A DNA stretch of 58,727 bases from the NCBI GenBank assembly GCA_945875865.1, contig CAMCMF010000005.1, positions 1 through 58,727 on the forward strand, given 5' to 3'. Shown here in pieces: positions 19,755 through 28,914 of this stretch. Below the pieces are notes generated by a model that was given only the letters and a program-made list of their open reading frames with translations, made no database searches and was not told where the DNA came from. Source of the stretch: Rhizobium sp. Q54 (GTDB lineage Bacteria; Pseudomonadota; Alphaproteobacteria; Rickettsiales; UBA1997). Position 1 is the stretch's first letter, and every line of letters begins with the position of its first letter. The position numbers and the translations under genes are program-made.

Positions 19755-22700
19755 CTAAATAGAGCTACTTTTACCTTGATCTTTACCCATAAATATTAAT
19801 CCCATGTTCTGTGCAGAAGTCGCTGGCGCAAGAATACCTGTTGTAGGTTGAGGAAGAGTTACCTCATCTCTAAATCTTGGTCGCTGCACCCCAAATACTC
19901 CTGATGCAACTCCCTCCACTACTGCAGGCAGCACTATAACAACACTAGCTACATCTAATGCGGTATTTACAACTTTTTTAACGACACCATCTGACCTTAC
20001 CTCTTTAACCCTTAATCCATCAGATGAATTATGTTTTTCTCCCCTCGGAATTTCTAATGTTGCTCCCACAACTGCTTCCGCCACTCTACCTATCACTGTC
20101 AGATTAATCGCTGTTCTCAAAACCGCATTTGCAACGGTTCGAATGCCCGCCTTAAACCAGCGATCATCAGTCGACTCCAGGATTGAAGTAGCCTCGTCTC
20201 CTTTAGGACCTTTAACACCAACCACCACGTCTGCTTTTTTCGCCAAAGCTTCCATCTCAGAAATAAAAGCTGTGTGATCAAATCCATCGGTGGTTACTTT
20301 TGCCAATCCCGCCTTATCCAAAGGTTGATATTCAGGATCACCCTTTGCATCAAAGGTTTCGATTACCAACTGCTTAGCAAAACTTTGGTTACCCTTTGCA
20401 TCCTCAAGAACACAAACTCTCAAAGCAATCTTGAAGGGTTTCGTAATGTAAGGTGTGGTATCATTGGATTCCATCTGATGATAAGCATCATCCTTGCCAT
20501 AAAACGTCCTCACCTCAGACATTCCATGAGCGATTACTTTGTGCTTGGGATAATCTTGATGTTTAGTATGTCGACTACCGTCAGAAACATATCTACCCTC
20601 CCCATCAACTTCAAACACTGTTGAGATATTACGATCTGGCGCATCTGGATCTCTATACGGCGAAAGTCTTGCTTTTACCAATTTCCTGCTGTCACAAGTT
20701 TTTCCATTAAAAGAAACCGCTACTGCGCATGCCTCATTTCCAATTACGGAACTTGCTACCACGCTAAAATTTGCAGCAATTTCTCTTATATCAGCACCTT
20801 TGGCTTTGCCGAAATGTTTGGTTAAATCGGACGTAGCAACAGTGGTTGAAGCGGTACTAATTGCATCGTAGCTGCCATCCTTATTTCTATGAAAGACATA
20901 GCCTTCAAAAATTTTTACATCTCCTTTTTTTACATCCGCTTTTTTACCACCCGGAAGATCCATAACCCCATCAATTCTTGCGACTCCAACTTGAATGTAA
21001 ATATTGTTAGTTCCTGGAAGGCAAATAAAGGCTCTGTCATCACCCGTAAAATTACCATCAGCATCAGCAGCGAAGGTAACTTGGGCAAAGTTTGGCCCTC
21101 CATTAGAATTATTTTTAGATGGATCTGCGAACCTGATAAAATCCTTGTCTCCCAATCTCGGCTTAACGATTGAAACTCCGCCTGGAACTGGCGAAACCGG
21201 CAAAGCAGCTCGCAACAATCTTTCAAAATCTTTTTTGTCAGTACCCTTCATCCATAAATGGCCATCGTTAGAGCCATATTGATCCATCATCTTTTCAATC
21301 TGATGAGAATCTAAATGAATTCTGAAATGATTATTTAATAATTGTTTGTTAGCTGACTTAGAAAGATGATCGTTGGTGGCGTGTGAAGCGTAGGCTTGAG
21401 CTTTTGTTCTTGCTTCAATGCTAATTTCATTACCGCTCAGCATTCTGTCTTTAATATCGACAATTCTTTCTCTGCCCGATTTAGCAATTTCTGTGGCCGA
21501 AAAATTGAAAATTGTGCTTTTGTTTTGCTCGAGACTTACCTTAACTATTGCCATCGCGTTATCGATTTGAACGGCAGTTTCTCCACCCTCAAACGTAACA
21601 CCTTCAACCGAATTATAGGCTAACCATCGATTCAATCTGGCAATTTCTTTAGGATCTATAGGTTTGGCAAAAACTTCATTTCGCAGCTTTTCTAATTCCT
21701 TTGTTTGTCGCTCTAATTTAGTTTTCGGGAAGCTGTTGAATCTATCAATTTTTTTTTCTCTTTCTTCAACGGAATCAGTATCTGAAAAACTAATAGCACC
21801 CAAGAATTTTTTCAGCTCATCCGCTTCTTTGGCGAGAGATTTCGCCTCATCAACTTTTTTATCAGCAATAAGATCAGCAAGACTGACATACATTATGTCG
21901 AGTATTTCTTGTAAACCTTTCTCTCTTGTTAAGTGCTTGGCATAACGCTGAAAATCAGCAGCATTTTGCTCAGCAATTTTCGTAAAAGTTGCCTCAGTTA
22001 TAAAAGTTTTCGTAGTGTTCTGTGGCGTTACCGTAACGATACAATAATCATTACGTGTTCCATTGCCATCACCATGATCTCGATCATCAAAACGAGCTAT
22101 CGAGCAAATTGGTCTGCCTGTAAATTTAACATCACTTAAGGCTTCAAATTGTTTTGAATGCCTATCGAAACCTTCATTGCCAGTATATACCTGAACTACC
22201 AAACCACCATCAAGAGAGATGACTTTATCACCTTTCATCTCCTCTATGTACATGGTGCGATTGCCGTCGTGAGAATATAGATTTGCATTTGCAGCAGTTA
22301 GTGGAGTTTGAGCATTCAAATCAGCATCCGTAATTTGTAAGTCCAGAGGTTTGAATTTATATTCTCCAACAACTTTTAGTTTTTCTATTTGCCTGTCATA
22401 TTCACTGATTAGTGCCTCAAGTTGACCTTCCGCATCTATATCTGAAGCTGCCAAATCAAGCTTAAATTCTTTGCTTTGCTCCTCTGACTTTAGATCAATA
22501 TAGGCCTGCAATAAAGTTCTTTTTTTTACAACGTCGGATCCTTCAAGGATGACTTTGTTGGTTCGGAATAATTTTATCTTTTCATGAGTCCACCATTCTG
22601 GCTCTTCTTGAGGATCCAAAGAATTTACTAATCTTTTTCTAGCAGCAAAGATTTCTTCAAGAGGAACTAAAATTCTACCTTGACGCCCTTTTTCAGCAGC

Positions 22701-24296
22701 TTCGATCACTACAGCAGATCGATTTTCTACGGCATCAACCAAGCAGGCGAATTCTTTCTCAGTAAGATCAAAAATAAGATTTCTATCCTCCTTTAAATTC
22801 TCAGCAAAATTAGACTCTCTCGAAAGACGAACTCTAAAGGCACCATTCTTATGTACCTCAATAGCAGCAGCAAGTAGATCGCCGTTATCTTCCATCATTC
22901 TTAAAAAAAGGAGAGAATATCTTCCCATTCCATCAAGACCGCGATCAAGGTTTCCTTCAAACTTTCCCGCAGAACCAACCAAAGCGGATAATTCCATATC
23001 TGATTTTCTTGTCAGATCGGCGAATTTATCTCCGTCCATTTCCGCGCGCTGTTTTTTTACCAGCAACCCTTCATATCTTTTTTGCAAAGAAATCTTGCCA
23101 TCCTTAATCCCAGATAAATACTGCTGAACAGTTGCATCATTAGCCTCAAATTTTCCGTCCGCGATTCCTGCGTCAATTTCTCGCTTTTTTAGCAATGCTT
23201 GCTGCCACAACCTCTCTACTTCTTTAATATCCTCCTCTACTTCTTTAATATCCTCTTTAATGCGACCAAGCAATGCCGCATCATGTTCTATAGCCTTTCT
23301 TATGAAGGCGCCAAATTGATTATAGCTTAAATTTTCCAAAGCTTCTTGTAAATGTTCCAAAGCTTCTTGTGGATCTGTAGTGTCGCTACGGCGAGGTTTG
23401 GCGGCAAGTTCTTGGTATCTTCTATGAATCCCCTCTTCAAATCTTGCATCCAATCCAAGACCAAGCCAAGTTGGATTTGAATAATCGGAATTGGTATCAT
23501 CATAGGCTTTTTGTAGACCAAATGTTTCACCGTTCCCGAGCTGTCTAAGTTGTGCTTTTACTTTTGAGATTCCATTAGAATCTTTTGCTTTAACTTGATC
23601 TGAAGTGCTAGCCAAAAGAAGTCTTTGATGAAGAAATTTTAGCGGATCATCACTTGGATTAGGAACCCATTCTATGTGATTTTGTTCTCCCCTCGCACCT
23701 TTTATAAAACCAACCGCGGCGGCATGATCGTTAGAAACTAATCCTTCTCCATTTTTCGCAGCAGAAACAAATACTACAAGCTTGGCTGTATCATTAAGCT
23801 TCAAATTAGGCTTCAAACTCGCCAATTCCTCTGCAGAAAATGCTGATTTAACCAACCCATCAATATCGGCGGCAGTAATATTGCCCTTAATATCCATAAT
23901 TGCACGAGCAAGATCGTTCAATTTTTTGCGCAATCCTGCATCTGCAACTCTCGCTGGAGAAAGTTCTCTTGGAGCTGCTAGAGGTTGGGCATCAATTGGA
24001 GAAGCCACTTCTTCGTCCACTACAACGTCATCATCTACTGCACTGTTAACGGATCTGACTCTATCTCGTCTAACGGGAGGATTAGCGCCGTAAGTATCTT
24101 CTTCCCCTATGTAATAATACATTGGATTCGAATGTTCTTCTTCTGGCATCCCATCTTCTTGGATCCCAGCAACATCAAAGTTGTCATAGTAGATATTAGC
24201 AGTAGCGGTAGCATACTCAGGACTAATCTCAGCTCTTTCCTCAATCAATCCCTCTTCATCATTACTTGCGTCTATTCTTCTACGTCTTTTAGGCAT
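19755..24296 (-). CDS. Hypothetical 1513-aa protein, candidate secreted effector
   Basis: Long uninterrupted ORF; N-terminal PKRRRR, Tyr-rich acidic segment, coiled coils and two hydrophobic segments near the C-terminus. Confidence 0.8.
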   Translation of the reverse strand: MPKRRRRIDASNDEEGLIEERAEISPEYATATANIYYDNFDVAGIQEDGMPEEEHSNPMYYYIGEEDTYGANPPVRRDRVRSVNSAVDDDVVVDEEVASPIDAQPLAAPRELSPARVADAGLRKKLNDLARAIMDIKGNITAADIDGLVKSAFSAEELASLKPNLKLNDTAKLVVFVSAAKNGEGLVSNDHAAAVGFIKGARGEQNHIEWVPNPSDDPLKFLHQRLLLASTSDQVKAKDSNGISKVKAQLRQLGNGETFGLQKAYDDTNSDYSNPTWLGLGLDARFEEGIHRRYQELAAKPRRSDTTDPQEALEHLQEALENLSYNQFGAFIRKAIEHDAALLGRIKEDIKEVEEDIKEVERLWQQALLKKREIDAGIADGKFEANDATVQQYLSGIKDGKISLQKRYEGLLVKKQRAEMDGDKFADLTRKSDMELSALVGSAGKFEGNLDRGLDGMGRYSLLFLRMMEDNGDLLAAAIEVHKNGAFRVRLSRESNFAENLKEDRNLIFDLTEKEFACLVDAVENRSAVVIEAAEKGRQGRILVPLEEIFAARKRLVNSLDPQEEPEWWTHEKIKLFRTNKVILEGSDVVKKRTLLQAYIDLKSEEQSKEFKLDLAASDIDAEGQLEALISEYDRQIEKLKVVGEYKFKPLDLQITDADLNAQTPLTAANANLYSHDGNRTMYIEEMKGDKVISLDGGLVVQVYTGNEGFDRHSKQFEALSDVKFTGRPICSIARFDDRDHGDGNGTRNDYCIVTVTPQNTTKTFITEATFTKIAEQNAADFQRYAKHLTREKGLQEILDIMYVSLADLIADKKVDEAKSLAKEADELKKFLGAISFSDTDSVEEREKKIDRFNSFPKTKLERQTKELEKLRNEVFAKPIDPKEIARLNRWLAYNSVEGVTFEGGETAVQIDNAMAIVKVSLEQNKSTIFNFSATEIAKSGRERIVDIKDRMLSGNEISIEARTKAQAYASHATNDHLSKSANKQLLNNHFRIHLDSHQIEKMMDQYGSNDGHLWMKGTDKKDFERLLRAALPVSPVPGGVSIVKPRLGDKDFIRFADPSKNNSNGGPNFAQVTFAADADGNFTGDDRAFICLPGTNNIYIQVGVARIDGVMDLPGGKKADVKKGDVKIFEGYVFHRNKDGSYDAISTASTTVATSDLTKHFGKAKGADIREIAANFSVVASSVIGNEACAVAVSFNGKTCDSRKLVKARLSPYRDPDAPDRNISTVFEVDGEGRYVSDGSRHTKHQDYPKHKVIAHGMSEVRTFYGKDDAYHQMESNDTTPYITKPFKIALRVCVLEDAKGNQSFAKQLVIETFDAKGDPEYQPLDKAGLAKVTTDGFDHTAFISEMEALAKKADVVVGVKGPKGDEATSILESTDDRWFKAGIRTVANAVLRTAINLTVIGRVAEAVVGATLEIPRGEKHNSSDGLRVKEVRSDGVVKKVVNTALDVASVVIVLPAVVEGVASGVFGVQRPRFRDEVTLPQPTTGILAPATSAQNMGLIFMGKDQGKSSSI

Positions 24297-24305
24297 AAAT
24301 TTTCC

Positions 24306-25376
24306 CTAATTTTTAATACTAATTTTGCTATTTTGCCAATAACTATCGGACTTAATTTCGTTTAAACGTGAGGTGGTGCGCTTAGAACCTTCGGCACCGA
24401 TCACATCTAAGAAAATTTTTTCCGCCTTAGTTTTGGCGAGAATAATAAGAGCAGTTTTATTTTCATAAATTTCGTCAATAAAAAGCGTCAAGCGACGCGC
24501 CTCATTAACTTCTTCTTTTGTCAGACAAGGTAGTTTCAATAAAAAAATCAAATCAAAATTTTGACATATCGCAGAATAGTCGGAAGCAGAAAGTGGATTT
24601 CGACATAAATCATCGAAGTCAAAAACCGCAATTTTGTCATAGGTTTTTTTGATTTTAAGCTCACGTCCCCAAACCTTTAATTTAGAGACTTTAGCACGCT
24701 TTCCTTCAGCAAAAATTTCGATGATTTTTTTAACCTCTTGGCGGTTGTTTTTATTGGAGATAAAATAACGTTTAACCAAACTATCCCGATATTGTTTTCG
24801 GTAATCAATTTCGGAATTAAGGTGCAAAACTTGGCAATTTTTTAATAAAACCTGGTCAATAAATTCTAAAAAAACTTCACGCTGTAAGCCATTTTTATAA
24901 AGATCTTGTGGAGAAGAATTTGAGGTAAAAATTACCAGAATTCCTTGTGCAAAAAGATGAGAGAAAATTCGCGAAAGCAACATTGCATCGGCAATATCGA
25001 CAACTTGAAATTCATCAAAACAAATTAACTTTTTTTCACCAATCACGGAAGAAACCGCCAGAAGCAATTCATCTTTTACAGCTTTTTTTTCACCGACTTT
25101 TTTCTCACTGCGAATATCACGCAAAGCTTCGTGAATTTTTTGCATGAAAGCGTTGAAGTGAAAATAAATTTTCGGAGTTTTTTTTATCGAATCAAAAAAA
25201 CTTTTCATCAACATCGTTTTGCCGCGACCAACATCGCCGTAAATATAGCAGCCTTTAATTTGCTCTTTTTCGGAAATAATTTTCTGCCAAAAATTTTGTG
25301 AAGAATTTTCTTCGAGCACTTTGGACAAGGCTTCTAGCTTATTTTTAATTGCAATTTGCCGCGAATCTAAATTCAT
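24306..25376 (-). CDS. zapE: AFG1/ZapE family ATPase
   Basis: YIYGDVGRGKTML, CFDEFQVVDIADAM and LYKNGLQRE; start moved to ATG 25376 because the longer ORF begins inside a REP. Confidence 0.92.
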   Translation of the reverse strand: MNLDSRQIAIKNKLEALSKVLEENSSQNFWQKIISEKEQIKGCYIYGDVGRGKTMLMKSFFDSIKKTPKIYFHFNAFMQKIHEALRDIRSEKKVGEKKAVKDELLLAVSSVIGEKKLICFDEFQVVDIADAMLLSRIFSHLFAQGILVIFTSNSSPQDLYKNGLQREVFLEFIDQVLLKNCQVLHLNSEIDYRKQYRDSLVKRYFISNKNNRQEVKKIIEIFAEGKRAKVSKLKVWGRELKIKKTYDKIAVFDFDDLCRNPLSASDYSAICQNFDLIFLLKLPCLTKEEVNEARRLTLFIDEIYENKTALIILAKTKAEKIFLDVIGAEGSKRTTSRLNEIKSDSYWQNSKISIKN

Positions 25377-25418
25377 TTTAAAATATTGAGTAAGTAAGTA
25401 GCCAATCTCCACCCTCGG

Positions 25419-25565
25419 TGTCACCCCGCACTTGTTGCGGGGTCCATCTCGTCACAAGTACAAAACCGCATTTGTAGCACGATGGACCCCGTCATGCGAC
25501 GGGGTGACAAATTTGAGTGTGTAATTTACTAAGATTGTCACCCCGTCGCATGACGGGGTCCATCT
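25419..25565. repeat. Three alternating family B REP units
   Basis: Units at 25419-25449 (variant loop), 25481-25510 and 25535-25565, in a divergent intergenic region. Confidence 0.9.
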
Positions 25566-25659
25566 ATTTTAATATCGAGTTTTTTGCACATTGCTTTTTG
25601 CAAAGTCTATTCCTAAACAGCGCCCCTTCATTTTTCTTCCACAGAATTTCTAATTGATC

Positions 25660-25989
25660 ATGGATCTAATCAACAAGATTTGCATTAAACTTTCCTGCAA
25701 AAAAATTGGTGCCGATGAATTTGGTAATCAATATTTTCAAAATAAAATCGGCAAAAGATTTGTCTCTTATAACGGCATGCCAGAGCCTTCGAAAGTGCCC
25801 GCGGAATGGCATGGCTGGCTTCACTATTCAACAAATATTGTGCCACTAAATATTAATACTCATAAATTTTCTTGGCAAAAAATTCATTTGCCTAACCTTA
25901 CTGGCACAAAAAATTCTTACTCGCCGGCAAAATCTTTGGAACAAAAAACTTCCTCCCAATATAAATCTTGGAATCCAAATCATGAATAA
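25660..25989 (+). CDS. NADH:ubiquinone oxidoreductase accessory subunit NDUFA12 (17.2-kDa) family
   Basis: GADEFGNQYF, SKVPAEWHGWLH and PNLTGT; typical alphaproteobacterial position upstream of mlaD. Confidence 0.9.
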   Translation: MDLINKICIKLSCKKIGADEFGNQYFQNKIGKRFVSYNGMPEPSKVPAEWHGWLHYSTNIVPLNINTHKFSWQKIHLPNLTGTKNSYSPAKSLEQKTSSQYKSWNPNHE

Positions 25990-26461
25990 AAATAATAATT
26001 ATTTCGAAATTATCGTCGGAACTTTCGTTTTATTCTGCGCGATATTTTTCTTCTTCACTTCTTTCAAAAGCGCCAAAGTCGGCACTACAAGCGGCTATCA
26101 TGTCATTGCAAAATTTGATAATGTTGACGGAATTTCTGGCGGCAGCGATGTCAAAATTGCCGGCGTAAAAGTTGGTACAGTTGTTGATCAATCCTTGGAT
26201 GAAAAAGATTTTCGCGCCACCTTGAAACTGAACATCGAAAATAAAGTTAAATTATCCACCGACTCTTCAGCAAAAATTTCCTCAGAAGGACTTCTCGGTT
26301 CAAAATATTTATCACTCACTCCCGGTGGCGATGAGGAAAATCTTAAGGAAGGTGACGAGATTCAATATACTCAATCATCAGTAAGCTTCGAAGATCTTTT
26401 AGGAAAATTTATTTTCGGCAATAATGATAAAGGTGACAAGGATAAGAATGAAAAAAAATAA
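25982..26461 (+). CDS. mlaD: Outer-membrane lipid asymmetry protein MlaD (MCE domain)
   Basis: N-terminal TM, GSDVKIAGVKVG and SEGLLGSKYLSLTPGG. Confidence 0.93.
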   Translation: MNKNNNYFEIIVGTFVLFCAIFFFFTSFKSAKVGTTSGYHVIAKFDNVDGISGGSDVKIAGVKVGTVVDQSLDEKDFRATLKLNIENKVKLSTDSSAKISSEGLLGSKYLSLTPGGDEENLKEGDEIQYTQSSVSFEDLLGKFIFGNNDKGDKDKNEKK

Positions 26462-26876
26462 TCTAAAATTCAGCGCCAAAATATTTTTTTTTGTCACTCT
26501 TTTTGCCTCACTTTCTTTTGCCCAAGATGCTGAAAAATTATCCAGCGACAATATTGATCCTTCGCGTTTTTCTGCGATTGCTGTGATTCAAGGTTTAAAT
26601 AAAACTACTGCAAAAACTTCAGTCTTAGAAATAAAAATCGGCGAAAAAATTAGTTTTGGAACTCTAAAAATAATCGTCCGTAAATGTTGGCAAACCCCTT
26701 TAGATCAAAAGCCAGACAGCAAAATGCTGCTCGAAGTTTTTGAGACTAAAAATGAAGATAGTAAGGTAAAAGAAGTGAGAATTTTTTATGGCTGGATGTT
26801 TGCCTCAAGCCCCTCAATTTCCGGTTTAGAAAATCCAATTTACGACCTAACCGCCATCTCCTGTAAAAATAAATAA
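26448..26876 (+). CDS. DUF2155 exported protein
   Basis: GLNKTTA...FGTLKI..RKC...[20 protein letters not shown]; signal peptide from ATG 26448. Confidence 0.88.
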   Translation: MKKNNLKFSAKIFFFVTLFASLSFAQDAEKLSSDNIDPSRFSAIAVIQGLNKTTAKTSVLEIKIGEKISFGTLKIIVRKCWQTPLDQKPDSKMLLEVFETKNEDSKVKEVRIFYGWMFASSPSISGLENPIYDLTAISCKNK

Positions 26877-26884
26877 CTAGCAGC

Positions 26885-27529
26885 ATGATAAAAATTTCTC
26901 CCTCGATTCTTTCGGCAAATTTCGCCAAGCTTGGTGAAGAAATTTCTGCCGTAGAAAAAGCTGGCGCCGATTACATTCACATCGATGTTATGGATGGAAG
27001 TTTTGTGCCAAATATCACGATTGGAAATGAAGTTGTCAGATCTCTGCGAAAAGTATCTGCGCTACCATTCGATGTTCATTTGATGATAAATAATCCCGAC
27101 AATCACATCAAAGCCTTTGCTGAAGCGGGATCAGACATCATCACCATTCACGCCGAAGCAGTTACACATCTCGATCGCTCAATTGATTTAATAAAATCTT
27201 TTGGAAAAAAAGCTGGAGTTTCCCTTGTTCCATCAACTCACGAAGATGTTCTTGATTATGTTTTAGAGAAGATCGATTTGATTTTAATAATGACGGTAAA
27301 TCCTGGATTCGGCGGACAAAAATTTCTTTCATCGCAATTGAAAAAAATTGAAAATCTACGCAATAAAATAGAAAAAATCGGCAGAAAAATTGAGTTGGAA
27401 GTTGATGGTGGAGTTAATGAAGAAACTGCAAAAATGGTAATCGCAGCCGGCGCCGATGTTTTGGTTTCCGGTTCTTATATTTTTGGATCAGAAAGTTATG
27501 CCGACGCAATCGCAAAACTTCGCGGCTAA
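26885..27529 (+). CDS. rpe: Ribulose-phosphate 3-epimerase
   Basis: [24 protein letters not shown] and EVDGGV. Confidence 0.97.
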   Translation: MIKISPSILSANFAKLGEEISAVEKAGADYIHIDVMDGSFVPNITIGNEVVRSLRKVSALPFDVHLMINNPDNHIKAFAEAGSDIITIHAEAVTHLDRSIDLIKSFGKKAGVSLVPSTHEDVLDYVLEKIDLILIMTVNPGFGGQKFLSSQLKKIENLRNKIEKIGRKIELEVDGGVNEETAKMVIAAGADVLVSGSYIFGSESYADAIAKLRG

Positions 27530-28914
27530 TGAAATATGTCGTTTACGGCCTTGGAATTTCAGGCATTTCCACCGCGAAATTCTTAGCAAAAAATGGTGAA
27601 GAAATAATCGCCACCGATGATAATGAAAACACTCTCGCTGAAGATATAAAAAAATATCCCGAATTAAAATTTGCTAAATCTGACGAAATTTTATTCGACT
27701 CACAAACCATAGTCAGTCTAGCTCCCGGCATTCCACTTTATTTTCCCAAGTCGCACAAAATTTTAGAAATCTGCAAAAAAACCGGCGCGATTTTAGCATG
27801 TGATATCGAAATTTTTTATCGCAAAAACATTGAAGCAAAATTTATCGGGATTACCGGAACCAATGGCAAATCAACCACCACGGCACTCAGTGGATTTATT
27901 TTCGAGCAATTAAAAATTCCCTCAAGAATTGGCGGAAATATCGGCACACCCTGCTTCGACCTACTTACGACTTACGACTTACGACTTACGACTTTCATTT
28001 TCGAAACCTCATCCTTTCAACTCGATCTACTTTCCCAAACTCATTTCAAAATCGCCGCACTTTTAAACATCACGCCGGATCACCTTGATCGCCATGGCTC
28101 GATGGAAAATTATATCGAAGCGAAAAAAAGAGTTTTTAGAAATCAAACTTTCGGCGATTTTGCTTTGATCGATGTTGATAATGAAAATTCCAAAAAAGTT
28201 TTTGCGGAGTTGCAAGCGGATAAAAATTTCAAAGCAACTTTAGTTCCGATCTCCACGAAAAAAATTCAGGAAAATGGTGTTTCACTTATTAGTGGAAATT
28301 TAGTTAGTAAAATCGGCGGCATAAATCTTGAACTAGAATTAAAATCAGAATTTTTGCGCGGTGAACATAATGATCAAAACATGGCTTTCGCTTTTGCGAT
28401 CGCTTATTGCCACATGATTCAACAAGGCGAATACGGACTTGAGGAAAAAATAATTTCTGCAATAAAAAAATTTCAAGGCTTACGTCATCGCATGCAAATT
28501 GTTGGAAAAATTGCTGATGTAAGTTTCATCAATGATAGCAAAGCAACCAATGCCGAATCAACAGAGCATGCTCTCAAAGCCTATGAAAATATTTTTTGGA
28601 TTGTCGGCGGCAAAGCAAAAGATGGTGGAATAGAAAATCTCACACCTTATTTCAAAAAAATTTCTAAGGCCTATTTGATTGGCGAAGCTACTGAAAAATT
28701 TGCAAAAACTTTAGAAAAAAATTCCGTAATTTTTGAAAGATGCGGTGATTTAAAAACAGCTTTTGAAAAAGCTTTAGACGACACAAAAAAATCTAGCCTA
28801 ACAGAAAAAAACATTTTACTTTCGCCGTCTTGCGCTTCTTTTGACCAATGGAAAAATTTTGAACAGCGCGGCGACTACTTCTGCAAACTTTTTGATGAAT
28901 TACCAAAATCTTAA
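27529..28914 (+). CDS. murD: UDP-N-acetylmuramoyl-L-alanine--D-glutamate ligase
   Basis: GLGISG, ITGTNGKSTTT, ETSSFQL, DHLDRH, NDSKATN and LLSPSCASFDQW. Confidence 0.96.
   Translation: MKYVVYGLGISGISTAKFLAKNGEEIIATDDNENTLAEDIKKYPELKFAKSDEILFDSQTIVSLAPGIPLYFPKSHKILEICKKTGAILACDIEIFYRKNIEAKFIGITGTNGKSTTTALSGFIFEQLKIPSRIGGNIGTPCFDLLTTYDLRLTTFIFETSSFQLDLLSQTHFKIAALLNITPDHLDRHGSMENYIEAKKRVFRNQTFGDFALIDVDNENSKKVFAELQADKNFKATLVPISTKKIQENGVSLISGNLVSKIGGINLELELKSEFLRGEHNDQNMAFAFAIAYCHMIQQGEYGLEEKIISAIKKFQGLRHRMQIVGKIADVSFINDSKATNAESTEHALKAYENIFWIVGGKAKDGGIENLTPYFKKISKAYLIGEATEKFAKTLEKNSVIFERCGDLKTAFEKALDDTKKSSLTEKNILLSPSCASFDQWKNFEQRGDYFCKLFDELPKS
27963..27994 (+). repeat. Heptamer tandem repeat (ACTTACG)4-ACTT inside murD
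   Basis: Directly visible; translated as part of LLTTYDLRLTTF. Confidence 0.9.
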
